Origin: Takakia lepidozioides
Lineage: Eukaryota > Plantae > Bryophyta
Assembly (NCBI GenBank): GCA_030704615.1
Contig: CM060731.1
Span: forward strand, 67,146,001 to 67,210,000
Length of the DNA stretch: 64,000 nt
Direction of reading: 5' to 3'
Position numbers and translations under genes: made by a program. A model generated the notes under the pieces. It was not told the DNA's origin and did not search any database. It saw only the letters and a program-made list of their open reading frames with translations. Of the stretch, positions 52,501-64,000 are shown piece by piece. Every line of letters begins with the position of its first letter. Within the stretch, counting starts at the first letter, position 1.

Positions 52501-55500
52501 ATCTACATGAGGTGTTGACTCTTAGACAATCCCTCGATCAATAGTTGTTTTCGGGCTGCTTGTTGAGGGCCCCACCCTCTTTCTTGTTTTGTGGTTTCTC
52601 TTGTACCTTAAGCTCTTTGAGCTCTCCACGGACGTTGTAAAGTATCATTTCATTTTCTTCGAGGGGTGATGTACGACACCACCATTGGTTGTATACCACT
52701 TGAACTCAAAGCCATGTTTTGACTAACAATCTTCTTGACAAGGCTGCATTCCCTCCCCCCAAGTGTTTCCCAGTTCGTTCTCCCACAACATCTTCAAGAC
52801 TCAAAGCAGCTGGTTTAAAGACCTGTTGGTATTCTCAGGTCTCCAATTTTTTCAAATGACATAGCTTGACCATTCCATTTGTACTGCCATATAATTCAGG
52901 AGGGCTGGCATTTCTTCCAAACATGACTGTAACAAGCTCATTAGACAGGAGCTGATGAAAAACTTCATGTTGAGCAGACCTGGAAACCACAGTATCCCAC
53001 AACAAAAGGGCAGTTCTACCACAACACTCTTTGGTCCTATGTGATGCTAGAATCTTACAGCCAAAATATTGTCTGCAGCTCTATCTCCGGGCCTTGCAAA
53101 TGTTCAGGGTGAGCTCAGACAGCCTGTGGATAGAAACTGGTAGATGGGACAACCTTGAGCATGCTGACCACTTGTGTCCTGCTTGCACTAGAGATGACAG
53201 ATGGGAGATTGAAACTGAAGAACAGTTTTTTCTTTCAGTGTCCTCTCTACTATGAGATCTGGGGTCGATACTACAGTCTATTCCTGGACAGCCAAATCTG
53301 TCACAGTCTTTCACTAGAGGACCAGAAATGTTTGGCAGCATCTTCACCGTTGTTCACCTCTCTCTCCACTGTCTATTCCGCGGAACCCAATCTCTCACTG
53401 AAGTCTCCCATATGAGGATCAGAATTGCTTGGCAGCTTACCTGCACGAGGCCTTCACCCTTAGACAATCACTCGAGCAATAGTTTTATTTTTGGCCCTGG
53501 TTTTGTTTCCTCTCTCATGTTTTCTTCCATTTTGTCCCATAAGCTCTAGGAGCTTTCCGCGGACGTTATAAAGCACCATTTCATCTCATTTCTTCTTGGA
53601 GCTGGATGTTTGTATAACAATTTAAGAGCTGCCTCATGTGTTTTGGATGTATTGGACCAGGTGCTAAATACCCTCTACAATTTGTGCAAAATTAACAAGC
53701 GACGGCAGGAGCAGGCAGCCGAGGGAGGCATCATCCCTCACTTAATTCACTTCATTGTGATCAACTCCCCCTTGAAAAAGGTTGCCCTCCCTCTTCTATG
53801 TGACATGGCACACACGTCACGCTATACAAGGTGAATCAACGAAGTTGTAACCGTACCGTTTCTTACATTATCAGGGATATGGTAGTTGAAGCTTGAGTAG
53901 AACAAGTTACCAGCTTTCGAGGTATGTGTGAAGAGTCTTTTGAGGATAGTTTCAGACAACAATCATCTCCATTTTGGCACAAATTAGAGGGTATTGTAGA
54001 GGGTATTTAGCACCTGAGGAGAGGTGCTAAATACCCTCTACAATCTCTCGGAAAGAGGAGAGATTGCAGGCATTATACTTGACATGGGATTCTTGTGGAT
54101 ATTGACCCTGGTCAGAGAAAAAGGGAAACTTATCCTGGGATGCTTTGTTGACAGGTCATATAGCCTTGCTGTGACCACTACCTCTGTTTGTTATGCTAAT
54201 GTCAGTTAGGACCTGTCATAGCTTTGTCACAGCCGAACAAAGATTAGCTGGTCTCAAACACAATTGTCATGTTCAGTGGCTGTGAGCAGCAGTATCGTAC
54301 CGCATAACAAGAGGTAAAATTGAAATCCACAAGCAGTAGGTCACAAGCCACACAGTAAACCCCATTAGCAGAAGATTTATCCACACAGCAAGAAATTATA
54401 CCATTGCTTTCTAGAGCCTTGTGGTTAGAGGCCATGTGCCCCTTTTGGAGGGAAGAGAGTCAATGTTCTGTATGTCTATGAATCATATCAGGGAGCGGCT
54501 GCGGGCCCACAAGGGAATAGATGTGTACCTCGGTCTGCTGGATGACAAGTCCTGGGCGATTACAGCACTCGACTCGCTGGCCGTGTGCTTAGCACATGAT
54601 AACGACCAGCGGAAAGTTGAACAGGCACTTCTGAAGAAGGAGGCATTGCATAAGCTGGTGGCATTTTTTGAGTTGTGCCAGGGTGCCTCTTTTGTGCACA
54701 TTCTGGAGCCTTTCCTCAAAATCATCACGTATACTTCTTGACTTTGAGCAGTGTTCTGTTTCCATCCATAGATAGAGCTTGCCTATATGTGATTCTCCTT
54801 GCGATAACCGTTTGGCCCGACACATTTGCACAGCAGCAAGAAAAGAGATGTGGGATAGAAAGTAGGGAACACGGGGGGAACTTAAAACCCTGAAACACAC
54901 TCTACTTTTCCAAGCTTATGTACACACTGTCAGAGTCAGGGATCTTATAATGTGCTATGTGGGCCTCGTGGGGTGTGATACAGCAAATCAGTGAGGTTGA
55001 ATACAGCCTTGGCCATGTCAGGGCTGACCCCTCTACTAGTTGGACGTCTTGAAGACCAAGATGCGATTGTCCGCTTGAGTCTGCTCAAGTTGCTTAAGGT
55101 TTGTGACATGCATGTACTCTTTCTGTTTCATATTTGCTCTCTTATATTGGGGCCGAGTTCCATGGCTAGATTGTTGTGTTTAAGTCAACTTCTCGTGCAG
55201 GTGTTAGTCACAGTAAGGGTGAGGGCTTGGACGTCTGCAGAGAGACACAGAGGACGCACTTAAGTACAGCAGCATTGCTGGAAACAAATTTGTACTCTGT
55301 ACTTAACCAACACTCTCATTTTCAACTCTATGTACTACTGTACACCAGAATGTCATAAAAGCCCACAACCAGCTTGCGGGAAAGTACTCCATGTTGACTA
55401 GCTCCCGCTCCCATGGGCACGTCATAGCACGCATTCAAGGGGAACGGCGAATGAGTACATCAGAGTGTCTGTCACAGCCATGCATGTTGAACATGCCTGG

Positions 55501-55718
55501 ACAGTTCTAAGAGAGGAGTGGTTTCTTGGAAAAACTTGCAGGCAGTGTATGAACACCATCCGCGTCCAAAGCAGCTGATAGTGGAGTATGATTTGCCATT
55601 GAAGCTGCAAAGGTTGATTGAAGAACGTCGTGATGGTGAAAGCTCAGGAGGCCAAGTGCTAGTGAAGCAAATGGCCATGACCCTCCTAAAGGCTCTCCAT
55701 ATTAACACTGTTTTGTAG
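37556..55718 (+). CDS. MAP3KE: MAP3K epsilon protein kinase (Cdc15/Cdc7-like; N-terminal kinase plus ARM repeats), ~26 exons
   Basis: Exon 1 37556-37615 [20 protein letters not shown]; exon 2 38650-38784 [27 protein letters not shown]; 21-nt microexon SEIDLLK (39169-39189); [20 protein letters not shown] and GTPYWMAPE; [10 protein letters not shown]; C-terminus [11 protein letters not shown]...[20 protein letters not shown] is diagnostic. Confidence 0.93.
48890..49310. mobile_element. Non-autonomous hAT element (related to family A) in a MAP3K-epsilon intron
   Basis: Imperfect TIRs CAGTGTTGGGCGGGTA / TACCTGCCCAATGCTG; ACCCG subterminal motifs; degenerate TSD TGTGACAC / GTATACAC. Confidence 0.65.
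52470..53595 (+). mobile_element. Two tandem LINE 3' fragments in a MAP3K-epsilon intron (52470-52660 and ~52670-53595)
   Basis: Peptide [15 protein letters not shown]...LCPAC.....ETEEQFF..CPLY is a typical LINE ORF2 C-terminal zinc knuckle; both fragments end in the same 3' UTR (CAATAGTT...GGACGTT.TAAAG..CATTTCAT). Confidence 0.75.
53971..54044. repeat. Perfect 23-bp inverted repeat derived from the upstream exon and 3' splice site
   Basis: Arms 53993-54015 and 54022-54044 are exact reverse complements with loop GAGGAG; the sequence matches 53658-53681. Confidence 0.9.
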
Positions 55719-56467
55719 CCCCCTTTCCCCACCTCCACCGAGAACAGGGGTCAACACTGCTACCTTTGTGTCCATGTGGAGTCAGTCCTTCAGTTCATCA
55801 CAGCTGCTGTGGCTATTTTTCAACTGTAAATCTGATCATTGACTGGGCTCACTGAACCAGCCCAAGAATACATCTAGCACTCTCACAATCTCGCATCTTC
55901 CATCTTGGACTTGTGAATGCATTGTCTGCCACAATGGCTGTTGTGGTCCTTCTAGATGGAGGTTGTAATCAGAAACGAAAGAGACCGTAAGTCCCAGGAA
56001 GCACATGCTTACGGCATCCACGGATGACTGAAGGTAAGTAGACGTGTTGGTACTAAGTTAAGCACACTTTTGCTTTGTTTGCTCGCCTGCTTGCGAGATG
56101 CACGCCACAAGTTGTTCGCAGGCGGTGCAATGCTTGTCTGTCAGCCACGCAAAGCAACTGAATCGGTCAAAAGCCCGAAGCAGAGCACACGAAAGCGACG
56201 AGGTCATTCATCAGTGTACCATCGTGCGACAGGAAAGGAGACGATAGATTGATTAGGACTGTGCATTTGAACTGATGGAAGATAGGATCTCATGAAAGCA
56301 ATGTGGCGGGAATTGAAGCGGTAGTAGCCGAAGATTAGGGGACAGTGACGATGGCGTAGGTACGCTGAGGCCAACGTTGTGCTAAACTTTCCAGTGCAAA
56401 GTGACGCTGCTTGCGTTTGTGTAAACACCGACTCTTGCTCTCACATCGATTAGAATGTCGGTCTTTC

Positions 56468-56889
56468 ATTCAGTTGGTGTGTTTATGAAGATTGCTTAAG
56501 CTTGCGACTACAATGCTGCTTTTCGTTTCAGTGGACGTGTTTCGGAAGCTTGGAAGACGTTCTGCATCCCTGGCTTTGTAGTATCTCTCATCGCACTGTG
56601 TCTTGATTCAGTTGGTGTGTTTATGAAGATTCATTAAGCTTACGACTACAATGCTGCTTTTCGTTTCAGTGGACGTGTTTCGGAAGATTCCTTGAGCTTG
56701 GAAGACTTCTGCATCCGTGGCTTTGTAGTATCTCTCATCGTACTGTGTCTTGATTCAGTTGGTGTGTTTATGAAGATTCATTAAGCTTACGACTACAATG
56801 CTGCTTTTCGTTTCAGTGGACGTGTTTCGGAAGATTCCTTGAGCTTGGAAGACGTTCTGCATCCCTGGCTTTGTAGTATCTCTCATCGT
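56468..56889. repeat. Tandem repeat, 3 x ~138-147 bp, upstream of B3 gene 1
   Basis: Units start at 56468, 56606 and 56753 (ATTCAGTTGGTGTGTTTATGAAGATT...TCTCTCATCG) and are nearly identical. Confidence 0.92.
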
Positions 56890-57319
56890 TGTTTCCTGTT
56901 TGAGAGTCTCGTACCCGTCGGCCCTCGAGCTTACCTGTTTCGTTTCTATGGCTTGGCGTTGATCGATTTCGTTCTACGATCTGTGTCCTAGTGTTGCTCA
57001 ATTGAAGCTGTTGAAGATTTGGCTCTCTCTTCATTGCCGGTGGTTGTGAGATTCATGAGCTTGTGGACGTAGCTGAGATGCGCAAATTTTTGATGAACTG
57101 GCGTTCTCCGTCTCTCTCAATTGCTTACTGTGGCTCGATTTGGAGTTGCTCGAGTAGTGTAGGATGATCTCTTTGTATAATGTGAGGTCCTGCAGGTCGT
57201 TGTCTCTTTGTCCGGTGGGAAGCATCAGCCAAACAGTTGAGTGAAAAGGACAGTTGCAGAATGGAACAAAGTTTTGTAGCCGGATGATCGTCTTCTACAT
57301 CTGATCGTCTGCCACTATC

Positions 57320-60300
57320 ATGGCCCCTCCCATGGATGAGAAGTCCCAGGAAGACATGCTGGATGAGGCTACGAAAAACTGCCCTCCGAACACTGGAGCT
57401 GTGCGCTCATTAAGTTTCTCCATGAGGATGGTTGAAAGCAATGTGCACACTGATGATCTTGTGTCTTGGATGGTAAGTCCTCTTCATTGTTGATTTGGTC
57501 AAGTAATAATATCATGTAGGTTCCTATCAGGTCAGACTACTTTAAGTTGCAGGCGTCCTTTTGGCTTAGATTCGCTTGCTACGGCGAGTTGTCTTGGTTG
57601 GCATTCAAATCAGTCCGCCGCGAGAAGATGATCCGTGCACTGAGGCACAATCGTCGTTTCTTTCTTCACAAATTAAGAGATATAGTTTACGCAATGGATA
57701 GTGGTATGTGGACTCATCCTTTTTGAACCACCGGACAATCTGAGTCTAACAAACAACTCATCCTAGGCAAACTCGATCATTATCTGGAAAATCTCCAGAT
57801 ATCCGGGTGAGTCCAATCCTCTGCTGGAAGAACATTCAAACAGTAGCGGTGTGGTCAATGTATTGTTAGTAGACACTGTAGATCTCACAGGGAGTATGAT
57901 TGCAAGGGTTGGTTAGAGCCAGTGTTCAGAGGAAACAGCAATGAGTACCTCTTTTTCTCTTTCTCTCTCTCAGCCTGGTTATTGTTATTGTGATTCATGG
58001 ACACTATTTCCTGAAAGTACAGTGACAGTTGAAATCTGACATTGTTTGCCTTCTGCAACTAGCCTATGAATGCTACCCATAGAAATGTCTCTTTTGGGGA
58101 ACAGTATACAGTTCCTATCTCTCACACACACACATGCCATACCGGCTTTGGGTGTCCCCTGAAGTCAGGAGCCATAAGTTTACTTCACAGACAATGTTCC
58201 TGAGGAACAGCCTTCGTGTATGTGTGAGTGTCTCTCTTTCTCTTGGGCCTTTCGGCTTCCAACGGATGAAATAAATCTTCCTCTCCGTCTCTCTCTTTGT
58301 GGTAAATGAAGTTAGGCAGAAAACTTCCCTGAACTTGTTTCCAGTCTGTGACATGGGGGAGGACATCTTGGATGACCTCAAGGGTCTACCCACTCTCGGC
58401 ACTAGACTGAAATTTAAACTCAGGGCAGGAAGCCTACCTTTGAACAGCAAACAGAAGCAGAGAGGAAAGGGAGAGTGCAATTGCCCGTTGTGTGGGCAAT
58501 CTGAAGACAGTATTCATTTTCTGATACACTGTCCGGGGTTCTCTCACCAAAGAGACGCTCTCTTCAAATCTATTAAGGGAATTGTGCCTGTACCCTGTTT
58601 ACCAACTTTGAAAGTCTCGAGGCTGAGCCAAAAGCCCAGGCCCTCCTGAGGCCTAGTTTTTGGGCAAATCACACACAGCAGATTGATGCTTGTGTGAAGG
58701 GATTTCTAGAGGATATCTGGAAAACCCGGATTAATTCTTTATATGGAGGTAAGTCTTACTACCAACGTCAGCCCCTGACAGAGGTAGGTTCTGTCCCTTT
58801 TGTTCCCGCTCAAACTGGGCGCGGGGTCAATGGCCACAAGGCTACGGCAAACAACGTCTTATGAGTACAATCTCTCTTTGTGGTGCTTTGTTGCATTAGG
58901 CCATTTGAAGCAGTGACTCTCATCTGTATTGAGCACACACCCACTCTTGGGCGCTGACTAGCTTTGCAAAAGCCTGTCACCTTCCAGGCCTGACAGGCAT
59001 AATAAGAGAGTGGTTGCTGATGGATGCAGTTATTTTAATCTGTTAACATAACTTCTGCCTTGAAAGTCTCGCCAAAGGAAGAAGAAGAGGATGAGCGGGT
59101 TTTGTATTGTTCTGTCCAGGAAATTCCACAAGAATTTCTGAAGCATCACAGACGCAAGATTCAAAGGAATTCACTTCTTCTCCTCGAAGGGCCAAGTGGT
59201 CAGTGTTGGGAAGTGCGTGTGGGCCCAGGGGATTCGGCCAATCAACTGGGTCTCAGAGAGGGTTGGGATGTGTTCGCATCTGACCATGGCCTTGAGATTG
59301 GAGATCATCTTCTTTTCACCTTAGTAGAAAATTCTCTGAGATTTGGTGTGGAAGTTTCTGATGAAGCTGGGCAACCCAAAGCAAGTGCTCTCTGTGCCGT
59401 CAATTATGGTATCCCTGTGGATGTCAGAGAACTTATCAACTGGAAGAAAAAGGAGAGAGATAATACAGAAGTGAAAGCCCAAGTGATGGAGAAGAAGAGT
59501 GATACTGCAGGAATAGTACCCCAGGTGAGGAGGAAGAAGAAAGATAGGGCAGAAGTGATAAACCCTGTGATGGAGAAGGAGACTGTTTTAAGCAATGCTG
59601 TGGTAAAAGAGAGTGAGGCTATGGAAGCAGCAAAAGCGTTGAAGGCCAACTTAGCAAATCCATGTTTCATCCATTGCATGTCAGAGAAGTCAATATTGCG
59701 GAGTTCACTGGTGAGCTTCTAGCTCCTTGCTCAGTTTAGAACTATTGTCACCAAATGGTTGAATTTATAAGAACCGTTATCCAATCTATAAGTTGTCGAC
59801 CTGGTCATGTCTTCCCATGTTATGAAAACCCAGGAAGAAGGGAGAAAAGGATGGAGAGAGTAGGCAACTGAATGACTTCATACTGCCTATGGAATAGTTC
59901 TTTGTTTGTCGTGTAAATCACCAATGCCCTGCTCTAAAAGAGAATTGTGGAGTTGCACTACCGTATCCTTGTCCACTACGTTATTGCGGAGAGATGTGAG
60001 TGATTGGCGGCCATGGGGAGGGATGGGGACGTGGGGGGCATTCAAGAGCGAGTCTCAGATATGATGTATGAGTGGATTTCCATCACCTGTATCTAGCCTG
60101 ATATGCAGCTGAGGATGAGGTTTTGATATTGGAAATTGTTCTTCTTTCCTCCAGTATGTTCCGGCCAAGTGTTCAAGAGAATGGATGCCACTTGCAGAGT
60201 ACAAAATGATCGAAATTGTTGACTCGGCTGGCAAGGAGTGGCCCATCTTCTGGACAAAGGTGTCTGCAGATCAGTTTGGCATTGGTAGTGGATGGATTGA

Positions 60301-61845
60301 TTTGGCAAGGAGTCATGGCCTCAAGATGGGGGACGTTTGTTTGTTCGAACTGATACAGTTGAATAAGAGACTTAGGGTATACATTTTCCCAAAACACATC
60401 GTCACGCAGGCTGCTGCAAGAAGCCCTGAGCAAGTTCATAAGAGGGAAATTCCTCAAGCAGGGGACAGGACTACAAAAGCATGGAAAGAGACTCATAGAA
60501 AGGACTCCAAGGGTGTGCAACCAGGTCTGACACAGAAAAGGTCAGGGACAAGCAAGGAAATTCTTAGTCTGGGAGTAAAGAAACCAGCTCTGGGCTCCAG
60601 CTCTGCTGATGAGAAGTCTGAAACCCGGCAGGAATATGTTTTTCCCCACATCTCAGAGCCACCAAATGATGAATCTGATGGAGCTGGAGGATGCAGCCAC
60701 GGTGCTAGAAATCTCCTGTCAAGTGACGAAATTTGTCTAAGACAAGATCTGGTCACTTTAGGTCCTACTTTGAAGGAAGCTGCAGATAATGAATCAGGCT
60801 TGGAGTTCAATTTCCCATCTGAGCAGGTAAAATTTCGCCAAAAGCGTACTTCGAAGGCAGATCTCTTAAGTGCAAGGCGCACCATTGGAAAGCCAGAAGC
60901 TAGAGCCGAACAGGAAGAGTTCAAAGGTTCGAAATCAAACAAGTCACACCCAGTCGATTCTTGTAGCAGCTCGGGTGACAAGATTGAGCTTGCTCCTTGT
61001 CTGTGTCCTATAACTGAAGCTGAGAGGGAAAAGGTGATGGCAGTGGCACATGTGATAAGTACTGAACATCCGAGCTTTGCCGTCCCCATGAATATCTCTA
61101 TTGTTCAATGGAGGTCTATGGTGGTGAGTTGCAAGACCTTCCTTGCCCTTTCTTAAACATGTTTGACAGGTAAAAGCACGCCTTAAGTCTCATGCACCGA
61201 CCAATCAGGACACATGTGTAGACAAGAGAATGCAAAAATCAGTGAATTGCTGCTATTCATTGCATTTTCTGGGTCATACTTCATTTCTGTATATTCTGAA
61301 GCAGAAGAGTGATATATTGCTCATGCAATTGTTTCTGGCAGCCAATACCGACTCGCTTTGCAGAAATGTGGATAAAATCAGACAGGATACTTGTGAACCT
61401 TGTGGATGGCTTGAACAAACACTGGGACATGACCTACAATTTATCAGGTCTACATGAAGGGTGGGAGCAATTTGTTGTCCACCACTCTCTCGAGGAAGGG
61501 GATGTCTGTGTATTTGAATTGATTGACTCTATGCACATCACTTTCCGGGTTCACATTTTCCGAGTTGCAGATGTCACGCTCAGCCATGGCGTGGCAGGCA
61601 AGGATGGGCCACAAGGTGGGAGCTGCAAAGAAGAAAATTGGGTGGCAAAACCATCACGAGTAAATCCTGCACGCACAAAGGCTGCAGCACACAACCTCCT
61701 TATAGCCGTTCAGAAACTGAGGGGAAAAAGAAAATTGGAAGAGGTAATAGCTGCAGGGAGTGTCCAATCACAGCTGCCGGCTTTGGAGGCAAGCAATACC
61801 GAGCAGCACCAGGACACAGCAGAGTCTTCCACCACAATGAAGTAA
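57320..61845 (+). CDS. B3-domain transcription factor (REM/VRN1-like, three B3 domains); exons 57320-57472, 59120-59710, 60155-61123, 61342-61845
   Basis: Three B3 units with hallmarks IPQEF...GPSGQCW...GWDVFASDHGLEIGDHLLF, VP...DSAGKEW...GWIDLARSHGLKMGDVCLFEL and IPTRF...GWEQFVVHHSLEEGDVCVFEL...VHIFR; phase-0 GT-AG introns. Confidence 0.85.
58304..58870 (+). mobile_element. 5'-truncated LINE insertion with a 14-bp TSD in intron 1 of B3 gene 1
   Basis: TSD TCTCTCTTTGTGGT at 58290-58303 and 58871-58884; encodes CPLCGQSEDSIHFLIHCP; homologous to 29815-30150. Confidence 0.88.
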
Positions 61846-62019
61846 CCAGTAGTTCAACTGCATTTGGCATGCTGCATGGGCGCCAATGAGTGTATTCAGA
61901 CACAGTTTTTGAGGAAGGAGGCCCCAGGGGCAGAGCTGTCTCCATTGACTAGGAAAAGGCCAGGTCAGGTGAAAAAGACCCTGTTGGACCAGCCATGATA
62001 CATTAGTTGTGTTTAGTAA

Positions 62020-64000
62020 CTAGAAGAAAATACCAAACTTCCGGTACAATGTAATTGGGTCCCCATGGGGGAGGGGTAACAGATGACTCAAAATCTGTGG
62101 ACTCACCACCTGGCATCCTCCAGGAATGCATCTCTTTTCACTGCCATCTCTCTGTACACGAATTCTTGGATTGATGGTGATGATCCAGGTGATGATATGC
62201 AGAGGGTTTGCTATACACACTGCAGAACACAATTTCAAGAGCCTTTCCAGGTCTAGATCTCTGCTAAGAGCACCTCCCTGCCACGCAGCTGGTAGGCAGG
62301 AACTGCTTCACTCATCAGGCAGATGTCTGCTAATCCTACCCACACAGCCTCGCCATATGCAGCCCTGCCAAAGTACGAAACATGAAACTACCTGACACAT
62401 CCATCCTCAGCGGCAACTCCATTCTTGTGTCTCAACACACTGCTAGGCATGCTGTCCAACTCATCACTCGAGCTCTCGAGAATCTCGATGATGCTACATT
62501 CATCTGGATTAAAGCTTTTCTTTTGACGCAGTTTGCTTGGTAGTCTGGCATTGATTCTTCTCCTGCCAGTTTTGGTCCAATCATCGCCAAACAAGTCCTT
62601 CCGTCCATGACTGCTGACTATTTCCTGCCACATGTCAGGTAAGCACAATCAAGTGAGTTTTTTTCATGATACTTGCAGCAGAATACTTCACCCTTCTTTC
62701 TTTTGCCTATACTCGAACACAAACTAATGCCATGACAAGTACACTGAAAAGAAATCCCTCACTGGTTTCCTGCGCCTCTTAGGATGTCGGTCCTCAAGAT
62801 CAGGAGTCTGGATGGGTATTTGAACTGCACCAGTATTAAGTTCTGTTGCTGTCTTCGACAAGCCGTCTGGCTGCATGCCCACTCCATCGGGTTAGTATCC
62901 ATCATCCAAATGCTAAACATTTATCTTGAACTACCTTGTTCCATGCATGCACAGCGTTCCAATCAACTGAATTATGAGGCTGTCTTTTGTCAACAAATAT
63001 TACTGTAACATTTTGAGAGCCCAGCAAACGTACTTCAAAGTGATCCCACACATAAGGACAAAGGGCGGACAAATGAAAGACCCACTAGACCACACCATGA
63101 CTGGCTTTCGTGCTCAAGTGGGAAATGACTGACCTCCATCGTCTCTGTAGAGCAGGTGGGGGGAGAATCCTCAGAATAGGTCCTCATTGCCTCATTAGAC
63201 GCATAGCAGGAGTGAGTGCATCCCTCACAAGCATTGAATCCATCTGGGGCAGCAATGTTCAAAACCTCACTCTTGGGCCCTGTAACGGACTCTGTGGCCT
63301 GCTGCTCTCCATTCGACACAGGCACTTTGGTGTTGGGAAGTGCATACCGCCATTTACTGGGAGTGTCGATTATGCTGTTGAGAGAGGTTCCTTTCGGTTG
63401 GCCAGCCCCATCAAACACCTGAACTCTAAAATGTGAGAACGCCGTGAGAGTAAAAATCAAATGGTCCCCTATCGCCAGGTCATGGTGGAAAGCGAAAACC
63501 CTCCAGCCACCGAGAAATATGACCTTGAAGTTATTAAGCCTGTGGATGGAGATTCCAATGTTCCATATGTAGCCACTAGGTCCCTGGAGGGTGACGTCTG
63601 GTCGAAACTTGTTGCCATGGCGGTTTACAAATGCGATTGGAATGCTCTGGGCAGAAAGCAAAGGAGCCAACAAACATGACATTAGACTACCAGAATGACG
63701 ATCGGCTTCATTCGATTCTCTGCATACAGAAAAAATTGTGCTCTCATCCACGGAATGTCGATAGGAAGGTTCAAAAACATTCGAATGTGAAGATGATGGA
63801 TGGCAGAACTCGGAATGGTTTCAAACAGAAATCGAAATCGAAAGCCTGTGGAGCTGTAGGCATTCATTGACAATTTGAAGATGCAAGAGCAATTCAAAAG
63901 CTTACAAATTCACAATTCTTGCCCACACGTGAAGTTTGCCGAGGCACCGTCAAGGTCTTGACAAAGTAGGGCCATCTCAACTTCTCATTCGCAATTGGCC
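62020..64000 (-). CDS. Second B3-domain gene (paralog of gene 1), 5' end beyond the window, 3' exons uncertain
   Basis: Exon ~64000-63906 (WPYFVKTL...) joins SIPIAF...LQGPSGYIW...GGWRVFAFHHDLAIGDHLIFTL...VQVFDGAGQPK, which parallels B3-1 of gene 1 (...VEVSDEAGQPK). Further exons lie at ~62871-62764 and ~62624-62393. Confidence 0.75.

Noticed and set aside
55640-55652. 12-nt match to the miR390 5' end (AAGCTCAGGAGG)
   Set aside because: Lies in a coding exon in sense orientation, diverges afterwards and has no foldback.
56468-56889. CRISPR-like array (also 35708-36009)
   Set aside because: Eukaryotic DNA; whole units are repeated with no unique spacers.
62300-62325. Hammerhead ribozyme core (CTGATGAG on the minus strand; other CTGATGA hits also checked by eye)
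   Set aside because: No stem II followed by GAAA at the required spacing.

Overview
Intron-rich nuclear DNA from a land plant; a non-seed lineage is suspected from the PPR style, but the species cannot be determined here. Gene order: TANGO6/RTP1-like gene (- strand, runs off the left edge), head-to-head with a PLS-class PPR-E1-E2-DYW(PG-type) organellar C-to-U editing factor; a two-exon ASR (ABA/WDS) gene; a 14-exon CCD1-like carotenoid cleavage dioxygenase (-); a transposon-rich interval (hAT MITEs with 8-bp TSDs, LINE remnants, a tRNA-type SINE); a partial duplicate of the MAP3K-epsilon 5' end; a disrupted PAP2/LPP-epsilon-like gene; a ~26-exon MAP3K-epsilon kinase; and two convergent B3-domain (REM-like) genes. 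Main finding, missed by the ORF track: two short upstream exons (5780-5975, 6611-6690) splice in frame onto the PPR exon (from 6984). They rebuild a complete PDF motif, the ssDNA-binding motif of organellar OSB proteins, giving a PDF-PPR-DYW fusion of about 1175 aa. Other notable items: an intronic perfect hairpin antisense to a 3' splice site of its own host gene, G-rich 3' splice sites without pyrimidine tracts, and possible 5'-leader capture by the phosphatase pseudogene.
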